A DNA stretch of 55,851 nt from Ignavibacteria bacterium GWF2_33_9 (GTDB taxonomy: Bacteria; Bacteroidota; Ignavibacteria; Kapaibacteriales; UBA2268). The notes under the pieces are model-generated. The model made no database searches. It saw only the letters and a list, made by a program, of their open reading frames with translations, and was not told where the DNA came from. Numbering within the stretch: the stretch's first letter is position 1; each line of letters opens with the position of its first letter. Of the stretch, positions 10,601 through 18,733 are shown in pieces. The position numbers and the translations under genes are program-made. The DNA is taken from NCBI GenBank assembly GCA_001804565.1, contig MHAC01000077.1, positions 1 to 55,851 of the forward strand, given 5' to 3'.

Positions 10601-11704
10601 TATGAAACTCATATTGACAAAATAAACAATCAAAATTTAGATGAAATAAACGGAGTAATGCACCTTAAAGCAATGGAAAAAACTGACATTGAAGGTAGTG
10701 TGATTAATCCGGCAACTAAAAAAACAGATGAGTCATTTAATGGAATTGCATATATCAGTGTTTTCGATGGAGATATTGCAATTAGCATGTGGGACCAGGC
10801 AGATTCTCCATCTAAATTCAATTTCCAGAAATTCGGCGGTGCACTCAACAGGCTTGCGGTGCAAGTAGAAAACGGTCGTTTCTCCGGCAGTTTCGTTATT
10901 CCAAAAGACATTAGCTTTTCCGATAGTGCTGGCAGAATTTATGCATATTGTATTTCAGACGCTGATTTGAACGGAAAGAAAAAATATTCTCTGGGTACAT
11001 CACGCAAATTTATCGTGGATGAAGTTTCTACAACGTCTATTATTGATGCTACACCTCCAACAATTGATATTTTCCTTGATTCAAGAAGATTCCATAGCGG
11101 AGATGTTGTTTCTAATAATCCATTGCTGATTGTAGATTTATATGACGAGAACGGCATTAATATGACAGGCTTAGGTGTTGGGCATTTAGTAGAAGCATGG
11201 ATTGACGATAATCCAAATTCTATTAATCTCACAAATGAATTAAAAACTTCCTTTGAAAAGCCAAACTATTCCTTGATTGAAAAAATACTATATGGTATTG
11301 CACCAGGTCACCATACATTGAAATTACGTGCTTGGGATGTATTTAATAATTATTCGATTGCATCGGTTGATTTTGTTACTTTGAAACCCGGAAAAAGCGG
11401 AATTATCAATAATGCATATTGCATACCTAATCCATTCAATGATTACGGCACGAAAATTGAGTTCACTCATACACTGGAACCACCTGTTAGTGCAGAAATT
11501 ACAATTTACAATATTTACGGTCAAAAAGTGAGAGTTCTGAATAACAAAATGACTGATTACAGTATTGGAGAAATTCATTGGGATGCAAGGGACGAAAATG
11601 GTATTGCAGTTCCACAAGGTGCATATTATTTCAGGATTAATTTGGAAAATTCTGCAGGGAATACTGTTGAATCATCAGATTTGATAGGTATCGTTGTTAA
11701 ATAA
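7625..11704 (+). CDS. porU: Type IX secretion system sortase PorU (C25 family) with C-terminal FlgD-Ig/T9SS sorting domain
   Basis: C25 motifs TAIRDYI, GDGHFDYR, IGHGN (His), ATCDFG (Cys) and LLGDPT; C-terminal PNPF..ITIYNIYGQKVR..WDARDENG..GAYYF; directly upstream of porV. True start may be 7679. Confidence 0.88.
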   Translation: MYSMFKNNQKKNFLQSKIMQIAAMMLILPFTSAFSATQTESAKFEVIESNSNYILIDYTAPEANYKTIFGEGGQIFEMPSISGAYPDEQKPGMPNKFILTANISVPGPNKFKVEYVTVSSILTHSGIMSPSPYLENADEVAVEKYKMNSADYSAPAEDFVNVSYAGIAGSRHIAKITIAAATWDGVKQKILQPLKIRIKVSFENNGSNLVYSNETDRLAKLTTLNYDQTKNFTIPRTSVNQSFKKLTQNQIQENSNNWVKIEVTEDGIYKIDAAQLNAIGAAISLQDVNTIQLFGNGGVELDEKVSSAPSNYMKEQEIQVKTKSDGSLDYILFFGAGTTGFNKVGSKIRRYNNSFSNSNYYMLTWGKTQGKRVNPKEVTGNTKKAPDTYYHRTCFEEEINNPFTKACGRTWFGRSIFSSPFVDMLHNLDRSQPVLMRFSLAHRSGTQGNFIISENNKQIDTLSLYGVSLNSYQHSYRSFIDIEIPSTDIPSDNRSIIKLDYTNPSSPTSSTGFLDYYEIHYPRSFYAIDNELEFIADTTLKGLTEFTINGFAGDLVGFDISEISNPKMIYNSSQTNSIFMIRADLDSFKLNQFYIAGKTKSPKLEKVIFKNILEDDGSNAILITNQGLLNSAGKFKEYRESKSNLKIKIVTVSEIYDEWNAGTPDITAIRDYIAYAYANWENKPEHLIIWGDGHFDYRSIQFKTINPVPAYETQDEWIYTFSETGSEDICTDDFFACVAGNDLMPELSSGRITINTDEEGLDIVNKIKHYENNSSDDDWRIRVFLTADDAEGEYNDGNTHVRYSEDLFRDHMPSEVITDRLYLVEYPSENVPGGKRKPLASEAMVSYLNTTGGVLWNWIGHGNPRVLSHEWWFNRDVNVAQMSNYDKLPFFTAATCDFGRFDDPDTKSGAEELFLNNTGGVIGLLSATRVVYGGQNAQFNNALYDLIFSHYQYGSQMTIGQIIAALKQSYYKDNDRKFFLLGDPTMTLLIPNYETHIDKINNQNLDEINGVMHLKAMEKTDIEGSVINPATKKTDESFNGIAYISVFDGDIAISMWDQADSPSKFNFQKFGGALNRLAVQVENGRFSGSFVIPKDISFSDSAGRIYAYCISDADLNGKKKYSLGTSRKFIVDEVSTTSIIDATPPTIDIFLDSRRFHSGDVVSNNPLLIVDLYDENGINMTGLGVGHLVEAWIDDNPNSINLTNELKTSFEKPNYSLIEKILYGIAPGHHTLKLRAWDVFNNYSIASVDFVTLKPGKSGIINNAYCIPNPFNDYGTKIEFTHTLEPPVSAEITIYNIYGQKVRVLNNKMTDYSIGEIHWDARDENGIAVPQGAYYFRINLENSAGNTVESSDLIGIVVK

Positions 11705-11781
11705 ATTGGAAATTATTAAAAAGAAGAAGAAGTTCTTAATATAAAATTAATAATTTGTTAAAATCATTTGAAAAATATTTG

Positions 11782-11789
11782 TAATTTTG
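11782..11789 (+). promoter_or_regulatory. TAnnTTTG promoter box upstream of porV
   Basis: taattttg in the porU-porV spacer. Confidence 0.35.
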
Positions 11790-11887
11790 TTAAATTAAAA
11801 TATTAAAATCAAAATTTGTTTCAGAAAAAGGTATGATTATTGATAAATACTTACTACTTGGATAATATATTACATACGGAGAAAAAG

Positions 11888-12994
11888 ATGAAAACATTAA
11901 AATGGATGTTAATGTTAAGTTTGGTTTTTGTGTGCTTAATAACTTTCAGTCAGCAAAGTTTATACGCACAGGCAGGTGGATCGTCAGTTCCATTCCTGCT
12001 TATTTCCCCTGACGCCAGAACAAGCGGTATGGGTGAAGCAGGTACTGCAATGACTAATGACATTAATGCTGTTTACTGGAATTCTGCAGGATTGGCTTTT
12101 TTGGACTATTTTCCAAAAATTAATGAATATGATGAATATGAAGAAGAAAAGCCATTTCGCCAAGTAGCACTTTCCTTTTCACCATGGCTTCCACAATTCA
12201 ATGCTGATTTGTTCTATAGTTATGGTGCAGTAGGTCAATATTTTGAAAAATTGCAAGGTACAGTTGCTTTGAATTTCATTTTTATGAATTTGGGAGAATT
12301 CACTAGAACCTGGGACAATGGAGATGTTTTGGGTAAATTCATTTCAAATGAATTTGCTTTGAGTTTAGCTTACGGAACAATCGTTGCACCGGATTTAGGT
12401 GTTGGAGCACAATTACGTTATATTCAATCGAATCTGACACCAACTTCGTTTAGTCAGCAAGATGCAGGCACAGGACGTAGTATTGCCTTCGACCTTGGAA
12501 TACTTTGGAGACCAAAAGAATTACCTTATATTGACGATAGATTATCATTGGGATTCAATTTAAAAAATGTGGGTCCAAAGATTACATATATTAAGGAAGC
12601 AGATCCTCTACCAACAACTTTGAATCTTGGAATTGGCATGAAAGCTTATCAGGATGAATTCCATAAACTTGTTTTTTCTGCTGATTTCAACAAACTACTC
12701 GTAAAACGTGATTCTGTAGATAGTGACCCTGTTCCAAAGTCATTCATTACTGCTTGGGAAAATCCCGGTGCAGTAATTGCATTTGGTACTGAATATACTT
12801 ACGAAGATGTTATTGCTCTTAGAGCCGGTTATTTCCACGAACCTTCCGTGCTTGGTGACCGTCAGTACTGGAATTTTGGTGCAGGTGTAAAATACAGTAT
12901 TTTCACATTAGACTTTAGCTTTATCAATACAATTGAAGCTAATCACCCATTGGCAAATACAATGAGATTTTCCATGTTGATTGACTGGAAATAG
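11888..12994 (+). CDS. porV: T9SS outer-membrane shuttle PorV
   Basis: VPFLLISPDARTSGMGEAG, YWNSAGLAF, PWLPQF and LRAGYFHE motifs typical of PorV. ATG at 11888 preferred over the track start at 11840. Confidence 0.88.
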   Translation: MKTLKWMLMLSLVFVCLITFSQQSLYAQAGGSSVPFLLISPDARTSGMGEAGTAMTNDINAVYWNSAGLAFLDYFPKINEYDEYEEEKPFRQVALSFSPWLPQFNADLFYSYGAVGQYFEKLQGTVALNFIFMNLGEFTRTWDNGDVLGKFISNEFALSLAYGTIVAPDLGVGAQLRYIQSNLTPTSFSQQDAGTGRSIAFDLGILWRPKELPYIDDRLSLGFNLKNVGPKITYIKEADPLPTTLNLGIGMKAYQDEFHKLVFSADFNKLLVKRDSVDSDPVPKSFITAWENPGAVIAFGTEYTYEDVIALRAGYFHEPSVLGDRQYWNFGAGVKYSIFTLDFSFINTIEANHPLANTMRFSMLIDWK

Positions 12995-13008
12995 TCACGA
13001 AGATAAAC

Positions 13009-13042
13009 AAAAAAAAAGACGCTTATTAGCGTCTTTTTTTTT
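13009..13042. terminator. Bidirectional intrinsic terminator
   Basis: A9-gacgc-ttatta-gcgtc-T9 between convergent porV and the DUF2147 gene. Confidence 0.85.
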
Positions 13043-13065
13043 GTAAATAACTCTGATTAAATTTA

Positions 13066-13515
13066 TCAATTCTTTTTTCTTGTCCAATAAGTTGATCTTC
13101 CAATAAGTGAGATCCCAACATACCCCCTAATTTTAAGTACATCTTGTTTTTCAAATTCCATATAGCAATTATAGGTCTTTCCATTTTTCGGATCATAAAT
13201 CTTGCCGTCTTTCCATTCATTATCACCATCAAATTTGAACCATTTTAAGATTACCAATCCAATCAATAGTCTATCACGCAGCTTTTCGTCAGGATTGAAA
13301 TCATCTTTTTTGTAATCACCACGGCGCATAGGCTCTTTCAGCCATATCAGTTTGCCGTAAAAAAGACCTTCATGTTTGTAAATTTCGATTAAAGATTCAT
13401 TGTTTTCAGAATACCATTGACCTAAAATATCGTCTTCCTTTTCTGCAAAAACGGTAGTTGCCTGAGTCAAAAACAATGCAATAATAAAACTCATGAAAAA
13501 TAAGGTGGTTTTCAT
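13066..13515 (-). CDS. DUF2147 domain-containing secreted protein
   Basis: Signal peptide; ILGQW, FYGKLIWL, GKIYDPKNGKTY and IRGYVGISLIGRSTYWTR motifs; SD aaggag upstream. Confidence 0.85.
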   Translation of the reverse strand: MKTTLFFMSFIIALFLTQATTVFAEKEDDILGQWYSENNESLIEIYKHEGLFYGKLIWLKEPMRRGDYKKDDFNPDEKLRDRLLIGLVILKWFKFDGDNEWKDGKIYDPKNGKTYNCYMEFEKQDVLKIRGYVGISLIGRSTYWTRKKN

Positions 13516-13624
13516 AAAAACTCCTTGTTATTTAAAGAATTAAGAAAATTATTTTCTAATAATCAATAATTTGAATAATCAACTACAAAATTAAAAAAAA
13601 ATATTCAATAAAATATATCTGATT

Positions 13625-13654
13625 AAAAAAAAACTCCGGAATTACCGGAGTTTT
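13625..13654 (-). terminator. Intrinsic terminator of the S9 peptidase gene
   Basis: aaaactccgg-aatta-ccggagtttt with an A-run on the left (U-tract on the minus strand). Confidence 0.8.
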
Positions 13655-13696
13655 GTGATTAACTTCAATTTAAGAAATCTTTATTTCAAACATTAT

Positions 13697-16009
13697 TTAT
13701 TTCAAACAGTATTTATTCAACCAGTTTTCAACTTCATTGAACCAAATGAAATATTCCTGTGCATGTGCAATGAAGTGAGTTTCGTTCGGGAAGTAAATCA
13801 ATTCCGAAGGAATTCCTTTTTGTTGAGCAGCAGTAAAGGCTTCCAAACTTTGAGTGTAAGGTACTCGGAAATCACGTTCGCCTGTACTGATTAATATTGG
13901 AGTATCCCAATTTTGAACAAAATTGATTGGTGAATTCTTTTCGATATTATCACGATTTTCCTTAATCCAGTAAGGTCCGCCAAATTCCCAATAAGGGAAG
14001 AATAATTCTTCAGTTGAACCCATTTTAGAAAGGACATCGAAGACACCGCAATGAGATACAAATGCTTTGTAGCGTCCTTGGTGATGGCCTGCAAGCCAAA
14101 ATGCAGCATAACCGCCGGCACTTGCTCCAATTGCAGCAACTCCGTCAGTTTTCACATAAGGTTCTTGAACGAATTGGTCTGTTACTGCCAAATAGTCATC
14201 CATCGCTTTGCCACCCCAATCTTTTGAGATTGCATCATTCCATGCCTGACCAAATCCCGGAACGCCACGTCTGTTTGCTGAAACGTATATGTAACCCATT
14301 GAAGCAAACAAAGCTGAATTCCAACGGTAATGATAATTTTGGCTAAGCATAGATTGAGGTCCACCCTGTAATAAAATAATTACCGGGTATTTCTTGTTCG
14401 GATCAAAATCCGGAGGATAAGTTACCCATGAATGAATTTTAGCTCCATCATTTGCAGTGAACCATTTTTCTTCGAAAGTAACCGGTTTGATATATTTCAG
14501 CTTTTCAGTATTTAGATGTGTTAACTGTGTTTCTTTGCCGGTTGCAAGGTCCATTTTGTAAATTTCCAAAGGATTATTCATATTCATTTTTCCAAAAATC
14601 AAGGTATTTCCGTCAGGAGTAATTCCTAAACCGTGACCATAATTCCATTTTTCCTTGGAAATTCGTTCATATAATTTTGTTTCAATATCGAACGCAAATA
14701 TACTGTATACTCCCGAATCGGTGGAAACAGTATAGATTTTCTTTGAGTCAGGTGACCATACCGGCTCATCATTCCATTGGTCCAAATTGGCTGTTACTTC
14801 GATTATTTCCTTTGTATTTCTATTGTAAAGCATAATGCGTGATTTGTCTGATTCGAATCCGGGACGTTCCAAACTTATGAAGGAAATCCATTTGCCGTCA
14901 GGTGAAAATTTAGGAGCACGGTCATATCCGGGCATTCCTTCGGAAATATTTAAAACTTTAGGACATTTACCTTGTTCACATAAGTCTTCTTCTTCTTCCA
15001 CTTCGCAGCAAGATTTAATTTCGGTAACCACCGGCTCTTCACAACAAGATTTTTGCTCAGTAACAGGAGTTTTCTCAATCTTTTTTGAGCTCATTTCTTT
15101 TGTCATTGAGCTCATTTCTTTTATTTCGGTTTTTTCTACTTCTTCGCAGCAAGAATCATCATTTTCGCAATCATCGCATTCCTTACCTGAGATTTCAGGA
15201 CAAAGATTTTTCATGTCCACTACGTAAATATCAGAATTTGTACTTGTTACATTATCCTCTACTTTTTTGCAAGTATAAGCTAAATAACGTCCATCAGGAG
15301 ACCAATTGATTTCTTCTACACCGCCAAATGGCTTCAATGGAGTATCGAATCTTTCTTGGGGCATCAAATCCATTGGTTCACCACCCTTAGCCGGAATTAT
15401 GAAAATATGGCTGTATGATTCATCAGTCCATTCATCCCAATGTCTAACCGGCAAAGATGTGTAAATTTTTACATTTGCTAATGGTTGATCAGGGTATTTA
15501 TCTGCAACAGATTGATTCATTTTTACTTCAGAAGTAAAAGAAATATATTTCCCGTCAGGTGACCATAAAATATTTGAAACACCAGCAGGAATATCAGTTA
15601 ACTGCTTAGCTTTTCCATTAGGAAATTCCTTTATGAATACTTGAGGAACGCCATCTTTAGTGGAAATATAAGCGATTTTCCTTGAATCAGGTGACCAAAT
15701 CGGGTTGTATTCTGAATAATTATCTGAAGTAATTTGCATAGTAAATTTACCATCTACTGAAACTGCCCATAAATCACGGTACATTTTATTTTCAGCAGGA
15801 TTTGGTGTTGTAATTGCATAAACTACCCATTTTCCATTAGGAGAAATATTCATTTCGGAAATTCTTTCCATTGAAAATAAATCCTGTGCAGTCATTGTGT
15901 GTAATTCTTTTTTTACAGGCATTTTGCCATTCAGATTTTCATTTGCTTTATAGCATCCAGTCAGCACAAAAATTGACATTATTGCCGCTACTGCAAGATA
16001 TTTAACCAT
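13697..16009 (-). CDS. S9-family (DPP5/prolyl-oligopeptidase-like) lipoprotein peptidase with a Cys-rich insertion
   Basis: Lipobox VLTGC; PD40-like WSPD repeats; QGGPQ, GASAGG (Ser), DFRV (Asp), ETHF (His). Confidence 0.92.
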   Translation of the reverse strand: MVKYLAVAAIMSIFVLTGCYKANENLNGKMPVKKELHTMTAQDLFSMERISEMNISPNGKWVVYAITTPNPAENKMYRDLWAVSVDGKFTMQITSDNYSEYNPIWSPDSRKIAYISTKDGVPQVFIKEFPNGKAKQLTDIPAGVSNILWSPDGKYISFTSEVKMNQSVADKYPDQPLANVKIYTSLPVRHWDEWTDESYSHIFIIPAKGGEPMDLMPQERFDTPLKPFGGVEEINWSPDGRYLAYTCKKVEDNVTSTNSDIYVVDMKNLCPEISGKECDDCENDDSCCEEVEKTEIKEMSSMTKEMSSKKIEKTPVTEQKSCCEEPVVTEIKSCCEVEEEEDLCEQGKCPKVLNISEGMPGYDRAPKFSPDGKWISFISLERPGFESDKSRIMLYNRNTKEIIEVTANLDQWNDEPVWSPDSKKIYTVSTDSGVYSIFAFDIETKLYERISKEKWNYGHGLGITPDGNTLIFGKMNMNNPLEIYKMDLATGKETQLTHLNTEKLKYIKPVTFEEKWFTANDGAKIHSWVTYPPDFDPNKKYPVIILLQGGPQSMLSQNYHYRWNSALFASMGYIYVSANRRGVPGFGQAWNDAISKDWGGKAMDDYLAVTDQFVQEPYVKTDGVAAIGASAGGYAAFWLAGHHQGRYKAFVSHCGVFDVLSKMGSTEELFFPYWEFGGPYWIKENRDNIEKNSPINFVQNWDTPILISTGERDFRVPYTQSLEAFTAAQQKGIPSELIYFPNETHFIAHAQEYFIWFNEVENWLNKYCLK

Positions 16010-16380
16010 AATTAATCCTTTATAATAATTTTAAATTAATATCCTTTAATATACAGATTACAAAATTATTCAAAAAAAATGAGTAATGAATAAAGTTTGA
16101 GTAAATTGTTCTATATGTTCAGCAATAGCAAAAGTATATTGAAGTTTGTCATTCAAGAGAAACTAGAGCATTATTCATTAATATTACATCAACACGTAAT
16201 ACTCCCCAGATTTAATCAGGGATTATTCCGAATTATCTTTAACGAAACTGTCAATTTGTTTTTTTCTTCTTCTGCAAATAAAATGAAGATAAATTTGTCT
16301 AATATTTGAAAAGGCAGGAGTGAATTTTTATCTTACGAATTTTCTTCTCAATTATATAAAATCAAAAAAAAGGAAATCAA

Positions 16381-16815
16381 ATGAAATTTTCAATTTTTAT
16401 ATTAGTTCTATTCTCTACTGTATTGACTTCATGCAAAACATATTACGAAAATCCTCAGGAAATTAAATATAATTGCATTCTCGAAAAAGATCAATTCTTT
16501 TCTGAAATCAAGGATATTCTGACAGATGAAGGTTACGATGTTAAGGTGGCAGATAATATTCGTGGTTATATGATTTCTGACAAAAAGGTGAAAAATAAAA
16601 AAGGTAAGGAAGTTATTTTGAATATTTCCATTCGTTACGATATGGAAACTCTAGAATATTTTGTTACTCCATCTGCATTGGTGCAACCAAGAGCCGAAAA
16701 TCAAGTTGAATATTACACTACTTCAGTTATGCGTAAGGAATATAAACAGTATTTTCTGGGGACACTCACTAGAATTGAAAACTTCTGCAAAGGCGGATAT
16801 TTCCCAAATCAATAA
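16381..16815 (+). CDS. Hypothetical lipoprotein
   Basis: Lipobox VLTSC after a short hydrophobic stretch; aaggaaat upstream. Confidence 0.7.
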   Translation: MKFSIFILVLFSTVLTSCKTYYENPQEIKYNCILEKDQFFSEIKDILTDEGYDVKVADNIRGYMISDKKVKNKKGKEVILNISIRYDMETLEYFVTPSALVQPRAENQVEYYTTSVMRKEYKQYFLGTLTRIENFCKGGYFPNQ

Positions 16816-16851
16816 TCTTAATACTTTGAATTAAAATATTTTCTGCATAAT

Positions 16852-18057
16852 ATGGCAACTAACCCACTAACCATTTCGGAATTGACTGATGAAATTAAAT
16901 CTATTTTGGAAAATAAATTTTTCAGTGTTTACGTAACTGGCGAAATTTCAAATTATAAGCATCATTCGAGCGGTCACCATTATTTCAGTTTGAAGGATGA
17001 AAATTCGCAAATTTCCTGCACAATTTGGCGCAACACTTCCGTAAATTTTTCACTGAAAAACGGAATGAAAGTAATAGTACGTGGTGAACTTTCAGTTTAT
17101 GCTGTTCAAGGTAAATATCAGATTATTTGCACATCAATTTTGCCTGAAGGCACAGGTGATTTGTATTTGGCATTCGAAAAACTCAAGAGTGAATTAAGTG
17201 AAAAAGGCTATTTTGCTCAGGAGAGAAAGCGTGAATTACCACTTCTGCCGATGAAAATAGGCATTGCTACATCTCCAACCGGAGCTGCTGTGCAGGACAT
17301 GTTCTCAACAATTGAAAGGAGATTCTGTCCGACCGAAATTTATTTCCGACCTACTTTAGTTCAAGGAGAAGCAGCTGCTTTAGATATTGTGAAAGCCATC
17401 AGTGAATTGAATGAATACGATCTTGATGTGATTATCATAGGGCGTGGTGGTGGCTCAATGGAAGATTTATGGTGCTTTAATATGGAAATCGTTGCTGATG
17501 CTATTTATAATTCCAAAACGCCAATTATTTCTGCTGTAGGACATGAAACGGATTTCACAATTTCAGATTTCGTTGCTGATGTACGTGCTGCAACGCCTAC
17601 TGCAGCAGCAGAAATTTGCACTCCGATTTCCAAGGTAGAATTTGAAACAAGATTAATTGCCACTAAGGAAAATCTTTTCACACAGATAAATGCAAATTTA
17701 AGTAATCTTAAGAAGTTTTTGCAGTCCACCGGATCGGAAATTTTGTATCGCAGATTGACTGAAAAGATTCATTTCCATGAGCAAAGACTTGATGACAGGC
17801 AAAATCAAGTGGAAATGAGTTTGAAAAATAAACTTGAAAAATTCACACAAAAACTTGATAGTCTTAAATTTTCATTGGAAAGTCTTCATCCTTTGCAACC
17901 CCTCGAAAAAGGATTTGCTCTGATTAGACAAAAAAACAAAGTTCTTAAACCAAACAAAGTTCCTGCAGTAAATTCGGAACTGGAAATCGTTAGAAAGGAT
18001 GATTTGATAATTGCTAAGGTTTTAGGAACAAAGCTGAAAATGTTCGATAATGTGTAA
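16852..18057 (+). CDS. xseA: Exodeoxyribonuclease VII large subunit
   Basis: VTGEISNY, GHHYFSLKD, TSPTGAA, GRGGGSMEDLWCFN, SAVGHETD and TPTAAA motifs. Confidence 0.96.
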   Translation: MATNPLTISELTDEIKSILENKFFSVYVTGEISNYKHHSSGHHYFSLKDENSQISCTIWRNTSVNFSLKNGMKVIVRGELSVYAVQGKYQIICTSILPEGTGDLYLAFEKLKSELSEKGYFAQERKRELPLLPMKIGIATSPTGAAVQDMFSTIERRFCPTEIYFRPTLVQGEAAALDIVKAISELNEYDLDVIIIGRGGGSMEDLWCFNMEIVADAIYNSKTPIISAVGHETDFTISDFVADVRAATPTAAAEICTPISKVEFETRLIATKENLFTQINANLSNLKKFLQSTGSEILYRRLTEKIHFHEQRLDDRQNQVEMSLKNKLEKFTQKLDSLKFSLESLHPLQPLEKGFALIRQKNKVLKPNKVPAVNSELEIVRKDDLIIAKVLGTKLKMFDNV

Positions 18058-18078
18058 ATAAATTTAAACAGGAAATAA

Positions 18079-18270
18079 ATGAAATTCGAAGAAAAACTAC
18101 TAAAAATTGACGAACTTGTAAAATTAGTAAACAGCAATAATGAATCAATTGAAGACCAGATTAAATACTACGAAGAAGGTTTGAAATTGATTGAAGAATG
18201 CAGGGTATTTTTGGCGAATGCAGAGCAAAAAATAATCGATATCAGCAGTAAGTCTGCCAATACCGATTAA
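18079..18270 (+). CDS. xseB: Exodeoxyribonuclease VII small subunit
   Basis: FEEKL..YEEGLKL..C...L.NAEQKI pattern; directly follows xseA. Confidence 0.9.
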   Translation: MKFEEKLLKIDELVKLVNSNNESIEDQIKYYEEGLKLIEECRVFLANAEQKIIDISSKSANTD

Positions 18271-18287
18271 ATTAACAAATCAATAGA

Positions 18288-18689
18288 TTATTCGAAATCA
18301 AAGTCGAAATGAGGTTCATCTTCGAAATTAGTTTCTTCGTCATCTTCCTTTTTGCGGCGATTTTCAATGACGATCATAGTTTCGGCTACGATTTCCGTAA
18401 TAAATCTGAAGCTGCCTTCTCTTTCATATTTACGTGTTTTTAGAGGTCCTTCTATATAAACTTTGGAATTTGGTTGAAGTAAATTCACTGCTTTTTGTGC
18501 AAGGTCTCTCCAAAAAACTATATTATGCCATTCGGTAACTTCTGTCAACTCGCCACTTTTATCTCTCGATGTGCTGTGAGTAGCAAGTCGTATGCTTGTA
18601 ACGGGTATCCCCTGAGGTGTGTGACGCAATTCGGGAGTATTCCCTACGTTCCCGAGTAATGTTGCTCTGTTTAGGCTTCTGTTTGCCAT
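18288..18689 (-). CDS. ssb: Single-stranded DNA-binding protein
   Basis: LNRATLLGNVG.TPELR, TEWHNIVFW, VYIEGPLKTRKY and acidic tail. Confidence 0.92.
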   Translation of the reverse strand: MANRSLNRATLLGNVGNTPELRHTPQGIPVTSIRLATHSTSRDKSGELTEVTEWHNIVFWRDLAQKAVNLLQPNSKVYIEGPLKTRKYEREGSFRFITEIVAETMIVIENRRKKEDDEETNFEDEPHFDFDFE

Positions 18690-18733
18690 AGTTTACCTAT
18701 TTTTTATTTATAAATCAACCTCAATAACAAAGA

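Noticed and set aside
16097-16309. 70-aa intergenic ORF between the S9 peptidase and the lipoprotein gene
   Set aside because: TTG start, no SD and no protein-like motif; lies in an AT-rich divergent promoter region.
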